Part shown: positions 46,911 to 54,155 of the stretch, piece after piece
Layout of the letters: each line of letters starts with the position of its first letter
Numbering within the stretch: position 1 is the first letter of the stretch
Origin: a virus
Lineage: Duplodnaviria > Caudoviricetes
Length of the DNA: 54,155 nt
Reading direction: 5' to 3' (one strand)
IMG/VR virus record: IMGVR_UViG_3300022602_000132
Coordinates: 1 to 54,155 of that record
Made by a program: the position numbers and the translations under genes
The notes under the pieces: generated by a model
Database searches by the model: none
What the model saw: the letters and a program-made list of their open reading frames with translations, nothing else
What the model was told of the DNA's origin: nothing

Positions 46911-47351
46911 ATGACAGATGCACACAAAGCTAAACTAAATATACATTTAATAACTTCAATTCCAGAACATGCTCCACGTGAAGATGATCCAAATTATCAT
47001 CTATTTAATAATGCTAAAAATAGAATTAAAAGGCAGGGTCTTTGGAAGTGTATTATTAATGATGACCTATGTTCTGGAGAACCAGAACTTCATCATAGTT
47101 TTATAGAATTTAGTCAGATTAACGACATGGATCCAAATAAAGTGGCAGCAGCATTTGGGCTACATTTTGAGAATGATCAAGATTTTCAAAACTTTATTGA
47201 AAGTCCAGGAAATCTAGAGGTATTATGTGCTGCTCATCATAGAACACATTTTGGTATTCATCAAATTCCCGCACCTTTGTGGGAGACATTTCGCTTTAGG
47301 AAAGCAGGAACTGAGCCTGCTGCTGAGGTAATAACAGAACAAGATAAGTGA
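46911..47351 (+). CDS. HNH-like protein
   Basis: C-x6-C...ELHH...NLEVLCAAHHR..FGIH. Confidence 0.55.
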   Translation: MTDAHKAKLNIHLITSIPEHAPREDDPNYHLFNNAKNRIKRQGLWKCIINDDLCSGEPELHHSFIEFSQINDMDPNKVAAAFGLHFENDQDFQNFIESPGNLEVLCAAHHRTHFGIHQIPAPLWETFRFRKAGTEPAAEVITEQDK

Positions 47352-47363
47352 TATAATTAAACC

Positions 47364-47951
47364 ATGAGTATTAAAAAAGATTTTGCAGCTAACTCTGGTC
47401 GCATCAGCGGTGGAGTTGGCTGGTCCATTCAATTTAATACTCCAGATTGTCAACATGGTTGGTCAGTTGTTAAAGAAGGAACTGGTCAATCAATTGGCTG
47501 TTATTTTAAAAAAGAAGATGCAGAAAAAGCATTGGAGGCACTTGCTGTGACAGAGCCTATTGTGAACAAATGCATGACTTGTGGTTGCGATGATATGGGA
47601 AATGATCATCACTATATTTCTGATGTAGAAAAGTGTGCATATTGCTTAGATAAAGGTCAAGGTCCTTGTTGGGACGGCTATGAATATGCTGGAACAAAAC
47701 AGCAAGGCAAAAAAACTGTTCCTAATTGCATACCAGTTAAAAAAGATGATGTTAATGGTCAAACAAAACAAGATGAACAAGAAGGAATAGGTTCGCTTTC
47801 TTTTTGGAATGGATCTTTTGCACCAGTTTTTGGAAATCAAAAAGTTCAATATAGCTGGATGTCAACATACAATACTCCACCACAAAATGATGGTAAGCCA
47901 TCTGTAGGATATGGAAACCATTCAGATCCAAAGGGAAGAAGTAATTCTTAA
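47364..47951 (+). CDS. Mosaic hypothetical protein, possibly head-associated
   Basis: 'PCWDGYEYAGTK..GKKTVPNCIP' motif, CxxC motifs, repeated VxK; leaderless promoter TGATATAAT. Confidence 0.55.
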   Translation: MSIKKDFAANSGRISGGVGWSIQFNTPDCQHGWSVVKEGTGQSIGCYFKKEDAEKALEALAVTEPIVNKCMTCGCDDMGNDHHYISDVEKCAYCLDKGQGPCWDGYEYAGTKQQGKKTVPNCIPVKKDDVNGQTKQDEQEGIGSLSFWNGSFAPVFGNQKVQYSWMSTYNTPPQNDGKPSVGYGNHSDPKGRSNS

Positions 47952-48259
47952 TGCTACATAAACTATCATTATATATACAGAAATATCCAGCGAGAGTAGG
48001 TGGATATATGTCTGCTATAACGCTAAATGCATCAAAGTATTGGTCAAATCTGCCACTAGGCTTAATTGTTCCAATTGCTATGCTTTTAATAATGATGGGC
48101 GAGGGAAGCCAAAGACTCGAAGACAAAAAGACTTTAGAAGCATTATACACAGAAAACGATCCTCATAAGCCAGATGAGGAGATTCTTAATGAAATGATAG
48201 AACATTTAGAGATAGCTAAAAGGGGGAAGAAAAATGGCAGAGCAAAAAGATCTAGTTGA
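47951..48259 (+). CDS. Small membrane protein
   Basis: Hydrophobic 'LPLGLIVPIAMLLIMMG'. Confidence 0.5.
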   Translation: MLHKLSLYIQKYPARVGGYMSAITLNASKYWSNLPLGLIVPIAMLLIMMGEGSQRLEDKKTLEALYTENDPHKPDEEILNEMIEHLEIAKRGKKNGRAKRSS

Positions 48260-48692
48260 TTCACTTGTAAAATTACAGTCGCTTGTAGTAAAGATGTATG
48301 GACAGGCACACGGCTACCACTGGAATGTAGAAGGTGCAGGTTTTCCACAATACCATAAATTTCTTTTAAAGATTTATTCAGATGTCTATGAGTCAATTGA
48401 TCCAATTTCTGAAAACTTGCGTAAGCTTGGAGCAAAAGCTCCGTTTGGCGTAAAAGAGTGGAATGAAAATAGTGATCTTGAAATTAATGATTCAGAGGGG
48501 CTGGGCGTTAAACAGATGCTACAAGAATTATTAAATACAAATACAATAGTATTAGCAATGCTAAAGCGTACATTTGATATATCTAATGATATTGATGAAC
48601 AGGGAATTTGTAATTTTATTGCTGGTAGAATTGAGCAGCATCAGTTTTGGGCATGGCAGTTGACATCAACACTTAAGCCTACTATAATATAA
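48234..48692 (+). CDS. dps: Dps / ferritin-like DNA protection protein
   Basis: HGYHWNVEGAGFPQYHKF...IDPISENLRKLG...HQFWAWQL. Confidence 0.85.
   Translation: MAEQKDLVDSLVKLQSLVVKMYGQAHGYHWNVEGAGFPQYHKFLLKIYSDVYESIDPISENLRKLGAKAPFGVKEWNENSDLEINDSEGLGVKQMLQELLNTNTIVLAMLKRTFDISNDIDEQGICNFIAGRIEQHQFWAWQLTSTLKPTII
48660..48688 (+). promoter_or_regulatory. Sigma70-type promoter embedded in dps 3' end, leaderless
   Basis: TTGACA-N17-TATAAT, ATG 7 nt later. Confidence 0.7.
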
Positions 48693-48695
48693 ACC

Positions 48696-49409
48696 ATGAG
48701 CATATTTATTTTTGGTGATAGCCATGTCATTAGACTTTGGAAGTCACGTGGAGATCAAGCAGAAGTTGATCAATGCTATTTTCCATATATGCACCCAAGC
48801 CAACCAGTTCCAAAAAATTATCAAAAATCTTCATGTGAGTATGAACATATATATGAGGGAAGAGATTTGCCAGTTGATCTTTGGTTTTCTTATCATAAAG
48901 GTAAGTGTGCTTGGAACGTTCCAAAGATTTTAAATGAACTTAATCCTTGTATTAAAAAAATTATTCCAGAAGACGCTACAATTCTTCCTTACTTTGGTTA
49001 TATGGATGCAAAAACATATTTAACTCAATATAAAGATCCAGAAGCAACTGTAATTAAATATATGGATGCTATCAAAGAAAATTTTCCAAATAATCCAGTA
49101 AGATATATTGAGCCTATTCCTCAGTTTGTAAGAGACATTGGAACTGGCAATGGATTGATGCCATTTGAAGAAAGATATCCAATGCATAAACGTTTTGTGT
49201 CAGAACTAAGAAGGCAGTGCGAAATTCGTGGTCTGGAAGATCCTATAAGTCCAGAAAAGATTTTGGGTGTTGATAAATTAGAACAGTCGTATGAGTGTCA
49301 TGAATGCGAATATTGCTTATATCCAAGCAGTGCTGGTATACTTTGGGATCACCTAAAGGTTGAATATAACAGAATGATTTTTGACGAGATCTTAAATCAA
49401 TATTCTTAA
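48696..49409 (+). CDS. SGNH/GDSL-like protein
   Basis: N-terminal 'IFGDSHV', 'FGYMD', C-terminal 'WDHL'. Confidence 0.5.
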   Translation: MSIFIFGDSHVIRLWKSRGDQAEVDQCYFPYMHPSQPVPKNYQKSSCEYEHIYEGRDLPVDLWFSYHKGKCAWNVPKILNELNPCIKKIIPEDATILPYFGYMDAKTYLTQYKDPEATVIKYMDAIKENFPNNPVRYIEPIPQFVRDIGTGNGLMPFEERYPMHKRFVSELRRQCEIRGLEDPISPEKILGVDKLEQSYECHECEYCLYPSSAGILWDHLKVEYNRMIFDEILNQYS

Positions 49410-49415
49410 CAGCAT

Positions 49416-49488
49416 GCCTTCGTAGCTCAGTGGATAGAGCATACGGTTTCTACCCGTCAGGTCGGGAGTTCAAATCTCTCCGAGGGCA
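49416..49488 (+). tRNA. tRNA-Arg (TCT)
   Basis: Acceptor GCCTTCG/CGAGGGC, D-arm GCTC..GAGC, ACGG-TTTCTAC-CCGT, T-arm GGGAG-TTCAAAT-CTCTC. Confidence 0.88.
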
Positions 49489-50182
49489 CTATACTTTCTT
49501 GAAGTGTCTTCATTCTCTCGTTAGTTGAGAATTGATGTAGGTACGAGAAATGATCTGGATGGCTTGGGTCATAAGGATCTTCGTTTGAAATATGATGTTT
49601 AAATAAATTATTATCAACATAAAATTTAGAGCGTATGATATTAGAGTGAGTATATCTTATGCCAGATTTGACAGGATTGACTCCATGAGGAGTTTCTACA
49701 CAATGTACTACTAAGTCTCCTGAAATAGCTTTATAGTTAATTCCATATTCAGGATAAGATATTTCTCCTCCTTCGTAATCATCATTTAAATAAATTATAA
49801 ATGCCAAAGGATTTAGAAGTATTTCTTCTTTATCTCCAATAAAATCTTTATCAACTATCATCTCTAAAAGCGGGTTCATATGATTAACAAAATCAATATG
49901 TATTTTTTGATGATCGCCCCGATATCTTACTTGAATTTCAGATATAGGCTCAAAGTGTATATCTCCTTCAAAACAAGAGCGTAATCTTTCGTCATATTTT
50001 TTTATTGATTCGGGGTATATCTGATGTTGATCTACTGCAGAATTCATGATAGAATCAATCTCTAGTCTTATACTTGATATTTCTTCGGGGGATAAAAAGT
50101 TATGATAAACAAACGCTTCATCATGAAGTTTTTCAAATTTATCATTAAGCTTTATATCCATATGACTAGAAAGAATTGACAT
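49457..50182 (-). CDS. 2OG-Fe(II) oxygenase (only convincing minus-strand gene)
   Basis: IHID...YLNDDYEGGEI...PHGVNPVKSGIRY; GGAG SD on minus strand. Confidence 0.85.
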   Translation of the reverse strand: MSILSSHMDIKLNDKFEKLHDEAFVYHNFLSPEEISSIRLEIDSIMNSAVDQHQIYPESIKKYDERLRSCFEGDIHFEPISEIQVRYRGDHQKIHIDFVNHMNPLLEMIVDKDFIGDKEEILLNPLAFIIYLNDDYEGGEISYPEYGINYKAISGDLVVHCVETPHGVNPVKSGIRYTHSNIIRSKFYVDNNLFKHHISNEDPYDPSHPDHFSYLHQFSTNERMKTLQESIVPSERFELPT

Positions 50183-50213
50183 GTATTACTCCATTACTGT
50201 ATAATACAATTAT
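50176..50213. promoter_or_regulatory. Overlapping divergent promoters
   Basis: + strand TTGACA(50176)-N18-TATAAT(50200); - strand TATAAT at 50208-50213. Confidence 0.55.
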
Positions 50214-50233
50214 ACTACTAACAAAGGAATAAA

Positions 50234-51151
50234 ATGAAGGCAAAGAAGATTGTATCGTTGATTGGAATCATTGCAATAATCGGCTATTTGGCATTTTTGG
50301 GGATTTCAAAGGCTTCTGCATCAAGTATCCCTACTGTAGCAATCATTGATACTGGATATGACCCATCAATTACACAGTTTGCCAATAAAATTGTGGCAGA
50401 ACAGTGCTATACAACATTTTTTGCATCGTGTCCTAATGGTCAAAAAACAATGACGGGTGCAGGATCTGCAGCGTTAACTCCATCACAACTTGCTGTAGTA
50501 GGCACAGGTCATGGAAGCGAAATGATGGCTGGAGAAATTGCAACAAACCCAAATATTAATTTTGTATACATTCGTGCGTTTTCAATTGAAACAAAACCAT
50601 CTTTAATGGTTGCACCATTTGATACTGATTTGCCAATTATCTTGAATTGGATTGCAGCTAACGCATCAACTTATAATATTCAGGCAGTTGCTATGAGTTT
50701 TGCAAGACCAGTAACTGGTGCATGCCCAATTAATTCAGCAATTGCAGCATCTACTGCAAAACTAACATCATTAAATATTCCAGTATTTGCTGGTGCAGGC
50801 AACGAGGGTAATGAATCAAGTATTGATTTCCCAGCATGCAACACTGGGATTATCTCAGTGGGCGGGGAAATGAATAATGTTCCTGCTTATTGGAGTAACT
50901 ACAGCCCTAACATTGGTTGGGATGCCTTAGGAACATTGACTGTAAATTCAGTTGGTAATAAGCCAGTAGTATCTATTGGAACTTCTATTGCTACACAAAT
51001 TTCAGCAGCATCTTGGGTAGCCATTAAGCAAGCAAAGCCTAACCTTAATTATCAGCAGATTTATTCTTTGATTAAAAGCACAGCAAGTGTCTCAAATGCT
51101 ACCTATGCCAAGAACGTGCCAACTTTAAATCTGACAGCAGCTTTGAAGTAG
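50234..51151 (+). CDS. Subtilisin-like (S8) serine protease with N-terminal signal peptide/TM anchor
   Basis: VAIIDTG (Asp), GHGS (His), AGAGNEG (oxyanion Asn), GTSIAT (Ser); MKAKK + hydrophobic + ASA. Confidence 0.85.
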   Translation: MKAKKIVSLIGIIAIIGYLAFLGISKASASSIPTVAIIDTGYDPSITQFANKIVAEQCYTTFFASCPNGQKTMTGAGSAALTPSQLAVVGTGHGSEMMAGEIATNPNINFVYIRAFSIETKPSLMVAPFDTDLPIILNWIAANASTYNIQAVAMSFARPVTGACPINSAIAASTAKLTSLNIPVFAGAGNEGNESSIDFPACNTGIISVGGEMNNVPAYWSNYSPNIGWDALGTLTVNSVGNKPVVSIGTSIATQISAASWVAIKQAKPNLNYQQIYSLIKSTASVSNATYAKNVPTLNLTAALK

Positions 51152-51165
51152 GGTATAATTAATAT

Positions 51166-51501
51166 ATGGATGAGCCAGACTTTGATGAATTTTTTGATGG
51201 CATGACTGATGAAGAAACAGAGTTTGTGATTCAGTATTTAGTTGATCGTGGTGCTGCCGAATGGGATGGCATGGATGAGTACGGTGAAAGAATGTTCAGG
51301 TTTAATATGGATATCTTAGCCGAAGTTATGCCAGAACTTTGGGAGCAAGTAATGGCAGATGTTGATAATACTCTAATTGAGCTATTCGAGGCTGGCTTGG
51401 CAAATGTTGAGTATGATGAGAACTTAGAGGCAACTATTAGCCTAACAGAAGAAGGAGAAGCTATTCTTAAGCAAATGGGGATGGATTTTCCAGAAAACTA
51501 A
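51166..51501 (+). CDS. Highly acidic hypothetical protein
   Basis: Very D/E-rich; CTGACA-N17-TATAAT with ATG 6 nt later. Confidence 0.6.
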   Translation: MDEPDFDEFFDGMTDEETEFVIQYLVDRGAAEWDGMDEYGERMFRFNMDILAEVMPELWEQVMADVDNTLIELFEAGLANVEYDENLEATISLTEEGEAILKQMGMDFPEN

Positions 51502-51555
51502 CTTCTAATTTTGGCATTAATAAGGTATAATAAACGTAAAGGTGGTGATTTAAAT

Positions 51556-51795
51556 ATGGACAATAATCAGCAAGGTAAAGATGGCGGAACACAGCAACCA
51601 GCATCCGCTACTCCAGTAACAGAGCAGGCAGGACCTAACGGTGACTCAACGTCACCATCAGTAAAAGATTTGGGTGTTAACAACCCAGGAAAAGCTACTA
51701 CACAAGGTGCTTTTACAGGAAAAGATGTTTCAATGACAACTCCTCAGTATGCAGGTGGACCAATTGCAACAACTGAAGCAGGATCTCACGCATAA
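51556..51795 (+). CDS. Low-complexity hypothetical protein
   Basis: GGTGGTG SD; Q/T/G/P-rich. Confidence 0.55.
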   Translation: MDNNQQGKDGGTQQPASATPVTEQAGPNGDSTSPSVKDLGVNNPGKATTQGAFTGKDVSMTTPQYAGGPIATTEAGSHA

Positions 51796-52421
51796 TGAAT
51801 AGCGTGGAAAAATTTTTCGAAGACGTTAAAGATGCTTTTTCTAAAGCAATTGGAACTTCTTCGTCAGTAGATCAGGAACGTGACGAAAGAAGCGTTGAGA
51901 ACTATGTAAGACAAACTGCAAATACAAATGTAATTGCAGGACAACCTAACGACTACACGATTGGAGGAAACACAATGTCAGATCAAACAACAGAGCCAGA
52001 TCCAAAGGGAAATATTGCTGTTCAGAAAGATTTTCCAACTGCATCGGGTAATCTTGTAAACCAAGAGACACGCCCAGAGGGTGATGTTTCAGTTTCAGAT
52101 GCACCTAATAATCCAGGAGTTGTACCAAACCAAGCAACAATTCCTAGCGATGCAACATCTGCGGTTGCACCATCTCGTTCAGATGAGATGAACCAACCAA
52201 CAAAGATTACAAAGTCAACAACTTGCCCAGACTGCGGTGCCGATATGGTACACGAGTGCTGGGGAGATTCTTCAAATGTAAACAAGGCTGCGGGAGCAGA
52301 TGAAGTTACAGAAGAAAACGATAATGATCAACCTGTAGAGAAGGCTGCTGATGCACCAGTTGCAACAGAACCACAGCTTAAGAAGTCTCTTTGGGGTGGA
52401 GCATTTTCACCACGTAAGTAA
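51795..52421 (+). CDS. Low-complexity hypothetical protein, possibly head-associated
   Basis: Repeated (V/I/L)xK(A/S/D) motifs, CPDCG, C-terminal KKSLWGGAFSP. Confidence 0.55.
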   Translation: MNSVEKFFEDVKDAFSKAIGTSSSVDQERDERSVENYVRQTANTNVIAGQPNDYTIGGNTMSDQTTEPDPKGNIAVQKDFPTASGNLVNQETRPEGDVSVSDAPNNPGVVPNQATIPSDATSAVAPSRSDEMNQPTKITKSTTCPDCGADMVHECWGDSSNVNKAAGADEVTEENDNDQPVEKAADAPVATEPQLKKSLWGGAFSPRK

Positions 52422-52426
52422 TTAAT

Positions 52427-52444
52427 TATATATACGTATATATA
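52427..52444. repeat. 18-bp perfect palindrome TATATATACGTATATATA
   Basis: Directly visible, centred at 52435/52436. Confidence 0.7.
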
Positions 52445-52478
52445 CACATAAGGACGGGAAACCGTTCTTATGTGTTTT
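52444..52478 (+). terminator. Intrinsic terminator-like hairpin
   Basis: ACACATAAGGACGG-GAAA-CCGTTCTTATGTGT followed by TTT. Confidence 0.7.
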
Positions 52479-52490
52479 AGAAAGGAAATC

Positions 52491-52859
52491 ATGAGAGCAT
52501 TAGTTTTTGGTAGTAAAGAGTGGACTGATTATAACGATTTAGTTCGTCAAGTCACTCTCCTTTTGGAAGATAACAAACATCATTATCCAGATGATAAAGA
52601 ATTTGTATTTGTCCATAAAGGAAATCAAGGTGCAGAAAACATGATTACAGAGTATATCGGTAAGGTAGAAAAGCTTCTGAAGCAAAAGGGTTACAAGATT
52701 AAAGAAGAATTAGTTAGAGATAAATCTTCATTTTCTGATGTAACCATGATTGAATCAGAGCCAACCATCGCATTAGTTTTTGGGGAATCTTCCAGAAACA
52801 AGCAGGCTATTAGCCTACTTAAAACATATGGAATCCCATATAGATATTTTAAAGAATAA
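52491..52859 (+). CDS. SLOG/DUF2493 (YspA-like) protein
   Basis: 'MRALVFGSKEWTDY', 'FVHKGNQGAE', 'LVFG...YGIPY'. Confidence 0.6.
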   Translation: MRALVFGSKEWTDYNDLVRQVTLLLEDNKHHYPDDKEFVFVHKGNQGAENMITEYIGKVEKLLKQKGYKIKEELVRDKSSFSDVTMIESEPTIALVFGESSRNKQAISLLKTYGIPYRYFKE

Positions 52860-52861
52860 GC

Positions 52862-52890
52862 TTGACAGATAATAATAACGCTGATACAAT
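52862..52890 (+). promoter_or_regulatory. Sigma70-type promoter
   Basis: TTGACA-N17-TACAAT with TGn. Confidence 0.7.
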
Positions 52891-52918
52891 ATAATATAAC
52901 TACTATAAAAGGAAAATA

Positions 52919-53224
52919 ATGACTAATATTGAGCCACTAGGTGGTCTTGTCTTAATCAAGGAAATTGCAGAACAAGATACGCAGACAGCATCTGGTCTTA
53001 TTATTACTGCTTCTGCAAAAGAATCACAACTATCAAAAGGTAAAATTATTAAGATTGGTCCAGGAGAGCGTGATCAAAATGGAGTAGTGCATCCACTACC
53101 ATTAAGTGTTGGGGATATAATCATTTACAACGGAATGCAAGCAACTGAAATAACTGATAATCTTGGAGACAAGTATCATTTTATTAGTTGGAGAAACCTA
53201 TTTGGAACGGAAAATAATGTCTGA
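52919..53224 (+). CDS. groES: Co-chaperonin GroES
   Basis: 'IEPLGGLVLIK', 'TASGLII', 'GKIIKIGPG', 'VGDII'. Confidence 0.88.
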   Translation: MTNIEPLGGLVLIKEIAEQDTQTASGLIITASAKESQLSKGKIIKIGPGERDQNGVVHPLPLSVGDIIIYNGMQATEITDNLGDKYHFISWRNLFGTENNV

Positions 53225-53459
53225 AATTACTGAAGTAGTTAAATTTAATTATGAGGAAGCTCATGATTTTGTTGCAAAAAATAAGTACAATGGATTTTAT
53301 TGGGATGGCTACACCATCATGAGATGGTTTCCAAGCCCTAAGGGATACATGCAAAACAATGGTTTATTTAAAAATAATCAATGGGGAGAAGCATTCCGTA
53401 ATCCTATGACTGAGAACGGAGAATGGGTTATCCCAGAAGTTTATGGAAAATTTATTTAA
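53217..53459 (+). CDS. Hypothetical protein
   Basis: 'AHDFV...FYWDGYTI...G.F.NNQWG'. Confidence 0.55.
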   Translation: MSEITEVVKFNYEEAHDFVAKNKYNGFYWDGYTIMRWFPSPKGYMQNNGLFKNNQWGEAFRNPMTENGEWVIPEVYGKFI

Positions 53460-53769
53460 TTTCTTAGGCATTGATGACAAGGATGCAGAATGGTATCATC
53501 TTGCATCATGTAACGGCATGACTACAAGCAGCGAATACGATTGGTTTTACGATCTTTATGAGACAGATAAAGAAGTAGCAAAGCAAGTTGATCAAATATG
53601 TATCAGCTGCCCTGTTATTAAAATTTGTCATTATGAAGGGGTAAAGAATAAAGAGAAGGGTGTTTGGGGTGGAGTTTACATGGATCTTGGCAGACCAGAT
53701 AAACAATACAACGAGCACAAAACACCAGAAGTATGGAGAAAACTAAAAAAGCTTCATGGCAAAAATTAA
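53443..53769 (+). CDS. whiB: WhiB-family Fe-S transcription factor
   Basis: W...ASC...ICISCPVIKIC...GVWGG. Confidence 0.88.
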   Translation: MENLFNFLGIDDKDAEWYHLASCNGMTTSSEYDWFYDLYETDKEVAKQVDQICISCPVIKICHYEGVKNKEKGVWGGVYMDLGRPDKQYNEHKTPEVWRKLKKLHGKN

Positions 53770-54031
53770 TTATACAAGAGAAATGGCAAAAAAAATACGA
53801 GAGATTAAACCTCCCGTAAGAAATTTGCTTCTAGATATTAGGGATAGACCTAACTATCTTGCTTTGACTGTATATGAAAGTAATATCATGGAGTATAATG
53901 AATCAGATAGAATGGCAATCATGAACTATCTGCTTTTAGTTAGACAGCTTATTCAATCATTCGGAGTACCATGCGAGCTAGAGGGGATGAAATACACTGA
54001 TGAGCAACTCAGAAGAAGAAGATCTAAGTGA
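53756..54031 (+). CDS. Hypothetical protein
   Basis: Coupled ORF after whiB. Confidence 0.55.
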   Translation: MAKINYTREMAKKIREIKPPVRNLLLDIRDRPNYLALTVYESNIMEYNESDRMAIMNYLLLVRQLIQSFGVPCELEGMKYTDEQLRRRRSK

Positions 54032-54155
54032 AGGAACAGTAACATATGTTTATATTCCTGATGAAGGCATCTATGGAACCATCATTAGTCATGGAGCTTG
54101 GGCATCAATGATTGAGTATTTTGATGGTGGTGTAGGGTATGTTGTAGAAGTGCCA
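54000..54155 (+). CDS. Hypothetical protein, 3'-truncated
   Basis: Open frame MSNSEEEDLSEGTVTYVYIPDEG... runs to window end. Confidence 0.45.
   Translation, partial: MSNSEEEDLSEGTVTYVYIPDEGIYGTIISHGAWASMIEYFDGGVGYVVEVP

Noticed and set aside
379-53718. Numerous short alternative-frame and minus-strand ORFs in the track (e.g. 379..690, 4556..4942, 16194..16553, 30413..30871, 35295..35792, 45640..46020)
   Set aside because: They shadow well-supported genes and lack RBS or recognisable motifs; the repeat-region ones simply reflect the DNA repeat.
1-54155. Stop-codon reassignment or inteins/introns in DnaB, DnaE, RecA, terminase
   Set aside because: Long ORFs are intact under the standard bacterial code, no suppressor tRNA is present, and these enzymes have normal lengths without Hint motifs.

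Overview
AT-rich, almost entirely + strand segment of a large tailed dsDNA phage that very probably infects Actinobacteria (WhiB gene, DUF7455-like zinc finger, leaderless-type promoters). Its organisation recalls large Streptomyces BE/BK-type and freshwater WhiB-encoding actinophages. Order: tail module (tape measure C-terminus, tail/baseplate proteins, fibres, 1-16954); a modification-enzyme island (16965-21879); replication/recombination genes (DnaB, DnaG, SSB, DnaE, RecA, resolvases, Cas4-like nuclease) interleaved with more oxygenases; terminase; a tRNA/ncRNA cluster; accessory genes (Dps, subtilisin, GroES, WhiB). The best candidate for an undescribed system is a putative virion protein-modification pathway. 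The last tail protein has Cys-rich repeats, a Pro/Thr/Gln-rich repeat tract and an intact-looking C-terminal Hint (mini-intein) domain. It is followed directly by several prolyl-4-hydroxylase-like 2OG-Fe(II) oxygenases, one fused to a GT60 (Skp1 hydroxyproline GlcNAc-transferase-like) glycosyltransferase. The window has ten 2OG-Fe(II) oxygenase domains plus a JmjC-like cupin. Two structured non-tRNA ncRNA candidates lie in the tRNA cluster; one has its own promoter, a 12-bp terminal stem and a 3' CCA. All calls come from motif reading by eye; no database searches were run.
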